Shown here: positions 28,202-40,640 of the stretch, one piece after another
How the letters are laid out: each line of letters starts with the position of its first letter
Numbering within the stretch: the first letter of the stretch is position 1
Assembly (NCBI RefSeq): GCF_006345805.1
Contig: NC_042997.1
Span: 47,864,001 to 47,928,000, forward strand
Length of the DNA stretch: 64,000 bases
Origin: Octopus sinensis
Lineage: Eukaryota
Direction of reading: 5' to 3'
Translations under genes and position numbers: made by a program
The notes under the pieces: generated by a model
Seen by the model: the letters and a program-made list of their open reading frames with translations, nothing else
Databases searched by the model: none
What the model was told of the DNA's origin: nothing

Positions 28202-30020
28202 TATGTATGTATGTATGTATATAAATACATATATATATATATATATACATCCATATATAATTATATCATTAAAGCTTTAAAGTTAAGTTATGGCATTATC
28301 TATCTTCTCAGGGATACTAGTTTTCCTCTCAAATCCCGCTGCGCCGACTGCTGAGCATGCTCATACGATTTTTGACATAGATGGAATTACTGAATTCATA
28401 TTCCTACATCTGCTAAAGCGATGACAAACTTCTTAAAAAACACATAGTTTGATTCAGACAACATCGTAAGTATCAGTTACAAATAATGTTACAAACAATC
28501 ATATTACTGGTTCCTGCCAATGCAGCAAAATAATTCAGAATCCGTGTTAGTGTATGCAGATATAAAATCAAGCGTGAGATGTCGAAATCATTTAGATTTT
28601 GTTGGTAAGCCGGTGTATTTTCACAAAAGTTGGAACCAATTTTTGTTCTTTCTTCAACTGGTGAGATGACCACTTATAAACCATATGATCAACATAAGAT
28701 AATTATGAGTCGGTAAAGGTAGTAGATTGGAGAATCATTCGGTCATTGGAACAATTCTTTTCAGTGTTCGTTTTCACCATTTAAGATTTGGGTTCAAATT
28801 CTGCTGACCTCCACATTGCATTATATTTTTTTTAGAAATCGATGAAGCAACGTACAAATAATTTGGATCGATGTATCAAGCTCTTAAATTTTCTTTTTTT
28901 GTGTCCCAATTAGCAACAATTAACATGAGGCAGGCAAAAACAAAGGATCAGAAAGCTGAATTATTGAAACGCATAACCTCGTTATAAAATGTAGATTATA
29001 AAGTTAAATCTTATCAAATCTACATTAAGAATTAAATGTGTGAACACAGCTTCCTAGCTACAGGACAGATAAATAATTACAGAAACGACTGGTACTACGA
29101 TGGAGACTAGAAGCAGAATGATTTTCATACCACTTGAATTTCGGCTAATAAAAGAAGTGTAAGAACAATGTATGTGGTTGAAAACTACGCAATTTACGGC
29201 TTAAGACATGGTTTTGATAAATGCCTCAAACATTTTCGGTATTGATGAGTAAAGTAATAAAACAATCCGTAAGTTTTGCTATATAGACCCCATGTAAATA
29301 ATATTGGGATCTAGTAGAAGTATAAATAGTGCTAGAAATGTGGAACTCGTAACTGGTAGCTTTTATTCAAACTATTTGTTCTAATTTTAAAAATCTAAAT
29401 TTCCAAACAAACTCTGTTTATTTAAGTGAAATTAAAAAATACTTATCGTATGGATTACTACTAAGGTTGTGATATCGGAAATGGGTACATATAATTCACA
29501 TTAATTTGAATTCATTATAACTTCTTCAGATGCAAGTTGAACGTTTTACACAAATCTAATTCCAATATTTGCACTTTAATTAAGAAACTGTTTTAATTAA
29601 TTCCCTGTGAATTATATATACATTATAGCAATTCATACATCTTCAGATTACAAATTTATATATACATCATCATCATCATCATTGTTCGACCGTGGTCGAG
29701 ACAATGGAATTTACTATGTTACGCCAGACTTCACGGTCCATCATAGCATTACGGAGGTCCTGTTGCTGGATGCCTGTATCCCTGGAGATTACATCAGGGT
29801 AGGAGAGTGTGCGCCCTCTGGTATTGCGAGTGGGTAACTACTATTCCAGAGTATAGAAACTGCGTTATCGTTATTTTAATGCACATTGATATATTCGTAA
29901 ACCGTTTTGTTATATATATATATATATAACAATAAATGTAAGTTCGTATATTCTTCTTAATATGAACTCGTATCTTCTATTTATAAAGTATTGGATTACA
30001 TAATTCGTTAATATATATAT

Positions 30021-30348
<328 letters not shown>

Positions 30349-31114
30349 GTTATAAAAATCACACAAATATCCACACGAGAACACGGGATTTCTGCCCTTG
30401 GCATGTAGCTTCAACCGTGTTTTCTGACGTGAATTACCTACCCGGGTATCGGTTAACCGAATTATCCATACTAGGATAATTAATTCAACTACTTATATAT
30501 ATATATATATATATAAGGTTGTCATATATAGAAGGGATTACCACCATTTATAAGTGGATTGATTGAAAAGCTGTTGATATTTAATCCATATGCGGTGCTG
30601 TGTGCACATTCTCTTCGTTCGACGTTATCGTATTTACAAAAAATAAATATTTACAAATATACAATAGGAGGACAAAATCTAATAAGGGAAACAAGAGGAG
30701 ATACATAGGGCAGACATTCACTGATTAGATCACAGAATGTGTAACCAAATAAATTTAACAGATTTTACTATAAAGTAAAAGTAATACGAATAAAATCTAA
30801 ATTGAAGATCAAATAAATAGTTCGTGTGTTAAATTGGTAAAATTTGACAATCACCAGGAATAACAATATTACCAAACAATTATATTAAAGCTGACACAGC
30901 CTTCGACATGTATAAATATATTATGCCAAACATATATGTTCGGTATTTTTAATTCGTACGTCAAATTCTAATCAGTCGAACATATTTGTATCATGTTTCA
31001 GAATTAATTGTCTGTATTCTAGTTTTTGTAGGCGGATTTAATTTTCAGTTTCAGGAAACAAATTCATGAAAATTTTGTTATAATTCGAAAGCGCTAACAC
31101 GTACACACACACAT

Positions 31115-31157
<43 letters not shown>

Positions 31158-31404
31158 CACGCACACACATGCACAAACATACACACACACAAACACATAC
31201 ACACACATATATGTGTATGCATATGTATAAATATATATATATATATATATATATTTGGTAAAATAGAAAGATGAATAATCTTGTTGCAGATTAATCAAAG
31301 GTTTAACCGATACCTTGGTAGCAAAAATCACGGCAGAAGAAAGCACGGTTGGAGATAAAACCTTTTGGTTTTGCAACCGTGCGTTGGTGCGGATAATTGA
31401 ATTT

Positions 31405-31707
31405 TAGTATTATTAGTGAATAGAAGAAATGGAGTTGAACGAAGATTGAACAGAATTCCTTTTATTGCATTCTACACATGTTTCAAAAGCCACAATTTTC
31501 CAAATTCTGATTAAATAAGGGTCCCATATTGTGGCTTTCTCTTCAGGAAAAAAATAGGAGTTCCGTTGGCAGAACAAAACAGAACAGAGGCCCTTATTTA
31601 ATCAGAATTTGGAAAATTGTGGCTTTTGAAACATGTGTAGAATGCAATAAAAGGAATTCTGTTCAATCTTCGTTCAACTCCATTTCTTCTATTCACTAAT
31701 AATACTA
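31405..31707 (-). mobile_element. Inverted-repeat mini-element (identical 117-bp arms, 69-bp spacer) containing a complete hammerhead ribozyme
   Basis: Arms 31405-31521 and 31591-31707 are exact reverse complements. The right end abuts (TA)n. Confidence 0.9.
31470..31549 (-). ncRNA. Type I hammerhead ribozyme, canonical core
   Basis: Minus strand: stem I UUC/GAA; CUGAAGA (31546-31540); 12-bp stem II GAAAGCCACAAU/AUUGUGGCUUUU; GAAA; stem III AC-AUGU-GU (palindromic ACAUGU); predicted cleavage GUA^ between 31473 and 31472. Confidence 0.8.
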
Positions 31708-31784
31708 TATATATATATATAATATATATATATATAGATAGATAGATATAGATATATATATATATATATATGATAGATAGATAG

Positions 31785-31829
<45 letters not shown>

Positions 31830-32184
31830 TAAGTAAACTTGTGTATGTGAATATGCATGTATGTATACGTACGTATATATATATATACAAAAATGTATAG
31901 GTGCATTTATGTGTGTTTCGGTCTATGAGTGTGTGTGGTGAAAGCAACGGTCAAATAATAAGGAGACTTGCTCTTCGATAATGGTTTCCTAAATTCGAAC
32001 TTGCTCTAGACATATTCCATGTAACGTTAGTGGAACACTATGCCACTAAGAAAATTAAACAAAAGGTAAGTAGTTCCATTGATCGCACAATCGTATTAAA
32101 GTTTGTCGAAACCAGCGTGAGGCCCATTCTTATCTGTGTTGCTTTTTGTGTTTGTATGTGTCTTTGTATCCCCCTGTCTCCCCC

Positions 32185-32217
<33 letters not shown>

Positions 32218-33619
32218 GTATGTGTGGGTGGAGTGAAGTAATTTAAACTTGAGTAGAGAACAAGTTTCGATCGATCGATTATTAGGCTGCAGACAACAAA
32301 CAGCAATCCAGCTGTGGAAACAGCGTCGGCTGGCGGGCTTTTAGTACACTAAGCATTCTTTAATTTCTACATAACTGACCACATAGAATGCAGTTTCAGT
32401 AAAGAATCCTACTTCACTTCGAGAGAGCACAAACAAATACTAATATCCGGATTATACAAACATCCAGACAATCTTGTTATTAAACCAAAGGTTAAAAACA
32501 ATTCAAATGCTAATTGTGATAGTTTGAACGTATTGTCAGATAATTATTTCAAGTGTCTATTTTAACAAACCATAACATCTCAATTGAAAAGTCCAAAGTT
32601 AATGTTTATATTTAACTATATATTGCGTTTGTATGTTATTTGTATCTATGGCTGTGTATACGTATCGAAATGTGTGAGTGTGCGTTTAATTGTATATGGG
32701 AGTGTGTGTGCGCCTTCGATTTGTTTCTACAAACAGAAATAGTAATTATTATATCACGTTAAATAATAGGAATACTTATATACAGGAATAGACACCTGCC
32801 CATATACACAGAATTCTATTCAGCTGCCTTTCTCTTCTTCAGTTTCTATTTCGATTTCAGTTATATTAACTTCAATTAGCATCTTGTATGGCCCAGTGAA
32901 ATGCTCTCTACATACGTATCTATGTATGCAAACAATTTATACGCTTCCATTCTTGTTGTGCGTGCGTGCGTGCCTATAATTGTATGTGTGCATGCATGTA
33001 CGCGCGTATATACGAATGTGCACGTGTGCGAATGTGTATAAATATATATACATACAATTTTGGTGCTTCATGTGATATGCATATCTGTATAAGCATATTA
33101 TATTCATTATGTGTATGCGATTTACGGAATGACAAACTGAGAGTTACAGAGAAAGAATGAACGAAATATTTCTATGAATCAATGTATCACTTTCTTTTTT
33201 GGTTTTTATGGAAGTTTACGTATGTCTATGTATGTATGTGGTGGCATGTGCATATATATATATATATATACGTTCGTACCTATGATTTTTATCGACTGTT
33301 TATCTATTACGCAACGCGCTGATGGCTACATCTACATGAATTACTGAGTGTTGTAGAGGTCAAAAATTAAACGCGTGGGATCTTATATGGTTAAGCAGAA
33401 GTCACTCACACAGCACGCGCGCACACACACATACACAACCCACCCACCAACACATACACACAAATACACATGTTTAGCTAAAATGTCTATACGTTATTAC
33501 TCTACGATTCAGCGACAGTTTGGGAGTGCAGAAGCTCTACAACCCCAGGCATATGCGCTGACAAACAAAATCACACATCGTTTATATATTTATCTATCTT
33601 TCACTGTGTCTGACAGTCT

Positions 33620-33654
33620 CCTCTCTCTCTCTCTCTCTCTCTTTCTCTCCAATA

Positions 33655-33702
<48 letters not shown>

Positions 33703-33930
33703 CCTGTATATATATGGATATTTATGACATTATATATGTATATGTGTATACATGTATACATATATTTATATATACACCATTATATATATGACAAATTAAA
33801 CTTAAATGTTGAAGTGAATCGAACGGCTTATGTGTGTTTCATAAATAGCTTACAAACACCTTCCACGCTGCAATTGTTTTCGTTTCAGCACACGATCTCA
33901 GATCAAATCACTTGCTATGCGAGTACATCT

Positions 33931-33981
<51 letters not shown>

Positions 33982-34040
33982 TATATATATATATACAGGT
34001 TCTCTCTCTCACACACCATAAACACACATATATAAGCGAG
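33620..34040. repeat. Compound (CT)n/(TA)n/(CA)n microsatellite region
   Basis: Direct reading. Confidence 0.9.
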
Positions 34041-34539
34041 AGTGTGAGTTAAACATATACGATACACGTGCATGTATTTAAACTTCTAAATACTTGTTAA
34101 ATTTTCATGTCTTCAGATAAAACATTGCACATATCTACACGAACATCAACTCCATATAATTTACTGTTCGACGTACATAAAGTTTTGTGTAGGTCCCATA
34201 GACCTACACAAAACCGACATGTGTTAGTACACAATTTACATTGACGCTAACTTCATAATCCCTATAATCTCTTTCAAACTCACTCACTACATAGTCGTTT
34301 CACTATGTGCATCCATATATATATACATATGCATACACACACACACCATATATATACTTATATATATATGTAAATATGCACGTATCAATGTTTATATATA
34401 TATATATATAAACCACATGCAAATTTGTTTCCATTTATAGTCTTCAAATATAATTAACCAAGCTTCATTTCACACGCTTCTAAATAAATTCTGTAATGTA
34501 TTTATATCTGTTGGAAATATTTTATCTTTGTTTTCCGTC

Positions 34540-34806
34540 ATTACATATGCATACATATACACATACATGAATATACATATATGTACATATATACATATAT
34601 ATATATATACATATATTATATAATATATATATATATATATAATATATATATATATATCTATATATATATATGCACATTATATAATTATATTATATATATA
34701 TATATATATATGCACATATATATATGCATATATATACACATTATATATGCATATGTATATAAATTTTATAACTGCATATATATATGCACACTCATATAAA
34801 TGTGTG

Positions 34807-34838
<32 letters not shown>

Positions 34839-34877
34839 CATACATATGTATATATTTGTGTATATAGCTCACACTTG

Positions 34878-34933
<56 letters not shown>

Positions 34934-34935
34934 CA
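34540..34935. repeat. Compound (TA)n/(CT)n microsatellite region
   Basis: Direct reading. Confidence 0.9.
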
Positions 34936-35446
34936 TTCTTTCTCACAGTTTCTAGTTTTCTTTCTACTGTTCCACTAATCACCCGGCAACTTTGACATCC
35001 CAATAATTCTGAATAGTTGTTTTTCTCTTTTATTTATTCTTTTATTTTTTAGCAAACAACTTTAAAAATATCTTTTTTTTTTTTCAAATATTCCATATTT
35101 ATTCGAAAATATACAGAACATACGCCACAAATTAATAATGTGTGATCTTTTCAAATATTCTGAAAATCCCCTTTTTTTTAAAATTGTGATTAGGATCTTG
35201 TGTGCTGTTATAGTGTACATGCCAGCGTGAGTTATCGTCTAGCAGTCGGCATGTGGTTTAAGAATACATACTTAAAATCTACATTAACTGTCATGTATAT
35301 ACATGCGTGTTTTTAATATTTAATAACATCTACACATGAATTTGTTTAATTTGGTCTAATTTTAGCTTAATTCATACTACAAAATACTTATGAATATAAA
35401 TGCTGTCCTCGTACATACAAACTTTGGCTGTCTTTCTCCCTTCCTC

Positions 35447-35502
<56 letters not shown>

Positions 35503-35542
35503 GTGTGTGTGCGTGTGTGTGTGTGTACATATATACATACAC

Positions 35543-35592
<50 letters not shown>

Positions 35593-35657
35593 AAGAAAGG
35601 CAAATGCCCCACTTAACTTTGTTTTAATATATTTTTAAATATATTTTGCATTGTGTT

Positions 35658-35690
35658 TGTCGACTGGTCTCGCTTTCGCTAATCATGATA
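35658..35690 (-). ncRNA. Minimal hammerhead-like motif, A3:U8 core variant (inverted pLTR copy)
   Basis: Minus strand UAUC-AUGAUUA-GC GAAA GC-GAGA-C CA GU-C-GACA. A14 changed to G; one stem I mismatch. Confidence 0.6.
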
Positions 35691-37301
35691 TTGAAACTAT
35701 TGTAATTTCGCATTCTCTTAAGAAGATTTTAGTTCATGTCGTGTGTAGAGAGGTTTTTGAATGAATGATTCTACAAGTAGACAGGGGAGGTAATTGCTCA
35801 TCTGAAATCTATTGCTTAAGCAATTTTCCAGACATCCTGCTGAAACCCTTGCTTAAATACTTCAACAGGCTGATTACAGACGATCTGGACATGCTTGTGC
35901 TCCCACCAAAAGCAACTAATGAACATACATTATTGATTTCTTTCAAATTTGCTATATATGAAGTGTCACTGCAAAAATATGTCTACCCATTTCACTATTA
36001 TACAAGATAGAACTGGAACGACTGCATTATCATTTAGAAGGAGACCATTGATAAATTTTGGGAATTTAAATCAATATTAAATTATATAAACCCTAAAGTT
36101 CAATTTACTACGGAATATATCAAAGAACAACTCAATTCTTGAATATTACGATAAAAAAAGTCAACAGCCAAATTATAACTGACGTTTATCATAAACCAAC
36201 GGACTCGAAGCAATATCTCTTGTTTACCACAAGCCACCCGAAACACGTCAAAAGAAATATCTCCTTTAATTTAACAAAGATTCTTTGCACAATAGTACCT
36301 GATAGAAATACTCGGGACCGACTTCAAGACCTCAGAACAACACTAAATACAATATCCACCTTCACGTATAGATGATGGAATTAAGCGTGCTAAGGAATCA
36401 GCCGTTAAATCACTATGGTCAACAAAACTTCACACATCGTTTCAAAATACCACTGTATATATCAACTTACAATGAGGAGTATAACACTATTGTACAAAAT
36501 CTACCTATGCTCACTGGAGACCAAATAATGGAGAACATTCTGAAAACACATAAATTTATCAAATGCAAAATGTAACACAAATCACTGAAAAGACTTCTAA
36601 CAAATACGAAGCTTTACGCAACAACTACGAAACCAACGGTTAAGAAATGTGGATGCTCAAACTTTGGAAGATGTCCCAATCTACTGGAAGGCTCTAAATT
36701 CCTATTCAAACAAGGAGATAGGTTCATAACGAAAACTAACTTCACTTGTGCTTCCGAGAATCTAATCTATGTTATAACTTGCTCAGGCTGTAGACATAAC
36801 TACATAGGACAGACAAGTATGACACCGAGACGGAGAACAACACTACATAAGGAACAGTTCCGGGTCCCGCAATACAGAAATATTCCTTTGAGTGAACACA
36901 TAAAGTGATATACCGGTTATATCCAACCAAACTTCACTGTTTTCCCCAGCTACTAGTGCAAATAAACAATTTCTATACAAGAATGTTCAAATAAGGAAAC
37001 TTTGTTCATCGGAAAATACAAAATATGTCTAAATATGAACTTTGATTTCAGTATATGTTTTAATTCATTATTACATACCGATCACTGTATATATTTCATC
37101 CCACTACTTCAGAATTTGAGTTTTTGTGTATTTTCTTAATTCCTTACCCGAAAGATGAACAATTACCTTCCCTCTCCCCAATAATAGCGATCGCCAATCG
37201 CTTAGATTTTTCTACTTGTTGAGTCACCCATTCAGAAACTTCTCTACACACAACATGGACTGAAATTTTCTTAAGAAAATACGAAATTACAATAATTTCT
37301 A

Positions 37302-37334
37302 TGTCACGATTAGCGAAAGCGAAACCGGTCGACA
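37302..37334 (+). ncRNA. Minimal hammerhead-like motif, A3:U8 core variant (3' pLTR copy)
   Basis: UGUC-ACGAUUA-GC GAAA GC-GAAA-C CG GU-C-GACA: 4-bp stem I, GNRA-capped stem II, palindromic ACCGGU stem III, GUC cleavage triplet. U4 changed to C. Confidence 0.7.
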
Positions 37335-37413
37335 AACACAATACAAAATATATTAACAAAATATTAAAACTATGTAAATTATGTGCATTTTCCTTCCTTT
37401 ATTTAATATATAT

Positions 37414-37464
<51 letters not shown>

Positions 37465-37467
37465 ACA

Positions 37468-37658
37468 TATATAGGGAGAGTCTCCGAAAAAAACAAACGA
37501 CGAAGACAGGTGATGTACAAAACAAACAGATGTATTAGTATAACGCTCAGGAATAGAAAAGTCTTTTACGTTTCGAGCCTTCGCTATTCTACAGAAAAGG
37601 ACAGAAAAAAACAAGGAGAGAAAAAATGTGTGTAGTGGATAACGATCTATCATGGCGA
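37468..37658 (-). mobile_element. Short non-coding PLE-terminus-like element within (TA)n, carrying a hammerhead-like motif (37563-37598)
   Basis: Minus strand UUUU-CUGUAGA-A-UAGC GAAG GCUC-GAAAC-GUA-AAAG. Homologous to 51750-51950. (TA)n on both sides. Confidence 0.7.
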
Positions 37659-37849
37659 CTATATATATATATATATATATCTTTAACATTACAACTCACC
37701 ACGTGGGATAATAGAAATTCCTCCCTTTTTGGTACTATACACACACGCGTACGCATGGAAAGAGAGAAGTGAATTTGTGCACATAAAGAAACTAGACTAA
37801 TACATGTTTTCGTGGCATACACAGGTACAAGTATGTATATACACAACAT

Positions 37850-38071
37850 TCCACCAAGCCGAAGTTATTTAAACAAACATACCCTCCGTCAAATCGCCGT
37901 TACCTGTAGTGGTTCACCATCTGCCACATTTCAGATGACTAAATGGTCGCAGAGCAACGCGAAATGAAGTGTTTTGCTGAAGAACACAACGCAACATCCG
38001 GTCTAGGAATCGAACATATGATCTCGCAATAGTGAATGCAACACCCTAACCACTAAACTGTGCGCCTTCAC
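37850..38071 (-). mobile_element. tRNA-derived SINE, family D
   Basis: Minus strand GTGAAGGCGCACAGTTTAGTGGTTAGGG..GTTCGATTCC (A/B boxes), then TGTTCTTCAGCAAAACACTTCATTTC. Head is related to family B. Confidence 0.75.
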
Positions 38072-38207
38072 AACACATACACATAGACATACCACACCAT
38101 ATATATATATATATATATAGATATATATATATATATATGTATGTATGTATATAGATAATATATATAGTATATATATATATATATTATATATATATATATA
38201 TCTATAT

Positions 38208-38240
<33 letters not shown>

Positions 38241-38574
38241 CACTTCATATCGCTAAATTCCTGTACGACTTGACGTCGACACATACACGCACATGCATGA
38301 ATTGACACAGTCCAGAACACATTACAGATCTTTTATTCATTGTCACTTATAATTCCTTTGAAATCTGTATTGAGGACAATTGCCTTTCTAATGTCATTTT
38401 ACAAACGACACAGACCAAAGAACACATTTCTCCAACTAGAATCACATTTAATTTCCTATCGCTAACACAATTTTGGTCTCAGCGATCTTGATGTTATGCA
38501 TGGTATAGCATTAGAGGTCTCAATTTTCTTTTGCTTTACATTTCATCTCTGGTATGCTTATCTGCAAAACCATA

Positions 38575-38612
<38 letters not shown>

Positions 38613-38905
38613 ATACTAATACTACTACTACTTCCTCTTTTTCTTTTTCTTCTTCCTCTTCTGTTAATTCTACTTCTTTTGTTCCTCCTAGTTTTAATTC
38701 TTTTTTCTTTTCTTCTTCTTCTTCTTCTTCTTCTGCTTCTTCTCTTCTTCTTCTTCTTCTTCTTCTTCTTCTCCTCTTCTTTTTCTGTTTATTCTTCCTC
38801 TTCTTCACCATCTTCCTCTTCTTTTCATTCTACTTCTTTTCTTCCTCCTTATTTTAATTTGTCTTCTTCTTCTTCTTCTTCTTCTAATTCTTCTTCTTCT
38901 TCTTC

Positions 38906-38950
<45 letters not shown>

Positions 38951-39140
38951 TATTATTATTATTATGCTGTTGTTATTGTCGTCGTCGTCGTCGCTTTGTT
39001 ACTGCTATAATTGTTAGAACAAACGATAGTAGGAATGTTAATAAAATATATTTAATATACAGAAACTATGATGAGGATCAAGGTGATTATGATGATAATG
39101 ACGAGTGTGACGACCACTACCACGACGACTACGGCGACGG
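38575..39140. repeat. Compound trinucleotide block (TAC)n-(TTC)n-(TAT)n-(GTC)n-(GAT/GAC)n
   Basis: Direct reading; explains the poly-L/F/S/Y/T pseudo-ORFs. Confidence 0.95.
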
Positions 39141-39599
39141 CGATGATTGCATTAATCGTCTTTTGGCAAATAAATGAAATCATCATTAAAAATACAAATA
39201 TCCGATTTCTTCGTAAATTCCTAGAGTCAACAAGAAATGGTGCGATAAGCATAACGACAATAGTAGCAGATACGACTGAAAGATTTTCAATAACAGGGAT
39301 ATGGAATTAACAATAAACAGATAAATAGAATATGAAAGATGCAACACAAAACACTTATAAATCAAACAGAATGCGATAAGCAAGAACAAAGATAAAATAC
39401 ATTAACGAAAACACCAACGGCAACAATATTTTCAACTCATACTTTGCTAATCAAATTGAACTATTCAACTTCGATTAACTCCAGATAAATGTAAAAGTAG
39501 CATGTAGTGCGGAAAAGTAGACGAGGAATTCACATGACTGGGTTTCACCTAAAAACTGAAAGTCTTCTTAGATTGGGGAAAATCCCTCTCCGATTTTTT

Positions 39600-40640
39600 A
39601 ATGGCTGTGCGATACATCATCCGAAGCAGGGTAGTGCAAATCTGTACTAGCTAATAACAGATTAATGACGCGGAAATAGGCCATAAGGGATTGTGTCTTG
39701 CACGTTGTGCAAAGACTGACACCTAAAAAGCATGGTATTAAAGTATGAGGTATTAAAGAAGGCGGCGAGCTGGCAGAAACGTTTGCACGCCGGGCGAAAT
39801 GCTTAGCGGTATTTCGTCTGCCGTTATGTTGTGAGTTCAAATTCCGCCGAGGTCGACTTTGCCTTTCATCCTTTCGGGGTCGATAAATTAAGTACCAGTT
39901 ACGCACTGTGGTCGATGTAATCGACTTAATAACTATGTCTGTCCTTGTTTGTCCCCTCTATATTTAGCCCTTTGTGGGTAGTAAAGAAATAGGTATTAAA
40001 GTATGAGGGATATTATCAGTTGTATTGTTCGTGATGTTCACATCTTCTAAATCCTTTATCTTGCAACACGGTTTTAATACAATGGCGAATATAGAGAATA
40101 CCCACAACGAAATGTGATCGAGTGTGATGCCTATGATTATCCGGATCGCTGTTGCAACGCCGGAAAGACTACGAGGATATCCGGGAAGTGTACCTCTTTC
40201 AGAGATAGAGGAGAGCAATTATGCGGGTGGTGAATGTTAAAATCCTGGCTGCTACGGGTATGAAGGTAAAGGCTTTTTGAGAGCAGTTTGCAGCGAAAGA
40301 ATTGAAAATTAATATATATGTATATGGAAGTGATTGTAGCAGAAATAACAGTAAGGAAGACTAAACTCCTCAGTAGCCAATATCATATCTACTGCTTCTA
40401 CTCTCTTTGAATATTTAGAGCATAAGCAATTGAGAAAACTTTTGGGGTTTCCTCACCAAGACAACCAAGATACAGATGTGTCACACTCCATAGAGGAGGA
40501 TCTGTCAGGCTCTTCCTGATGTTGCGATGGACACTAGATAGATACTAGAGAAGGTTCTGAAATTACATAGAATAAGTAGAACAAGCAGAAGGAGTAAGTG
40601 AAAGAATGGTCAGTAACAAGAGGTTGAAGAACCTTCATGT
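39600..40640 (-). mobile_element. Old CR1/L2-like LINE endonuclease (APE) region, interrupted by a SINE
   Basis: Degenerate 'FNIHHP' (GDFN-like) and 'IIIGITLDHI' (..TLDL-like) segments. The reading frame 'DNIPHTLIP' resumes on the far side of the SINE. Confidence 0.45.
39751..39991 (+). mobile_element. tRNA-derived SINE, family C, full length with 17-bp TSD
   Basis: Head AAGGCGGCGAGCTGGCAGAA..GAGTTCAAATTCC, core GCCTTTCATCCTTTCGGGGTCGATAAATTAAGTACCAG. TSD GGTATTAAAGTATGAGG at 39734-39750 and 39992-40008. Confidence 0.92.

Larger units (their letters stand above)
35620..37372 (+). mobile_element. 5'-truncated Penelope-like element (RT + GIY-YIG) with an inverted pseudo-LTR at its 5' end
   Basis: RT 'LSNFPDILLKPLLK', degenerate YxDD 'RYWNDCII', thumb 'TDVYHKPTDSKQYLLFTTSHPKHVKRNI', GIY-YIG 'NLIYVITCSGCRHNYIGQTS'. 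35620-35800 is an inverted copy (with one internal gap) of 37150-37372. Confidence 0.9.

Noticed and set aside
29465-29655. Two minus-strand CUGAAGA motifs with downstream hairpins
   Set aside because: Neither is followed by GAAA-N..UH with pairing stems.
31995-32071. Plus-strand donor AAG|GTAAGT at 32066 with an open frame 'IFHVTLVEHYATKKIKQK'
   Set aside because: Weak acceptor and no recognisable homology; such donors are expected by chance a few times per window.
32288-32335. CUGCAGA..GAAACAGCGUC hammerhead-like string
   Set aside because: Core A6 is altered, stem II is irregular and there is no stem I.
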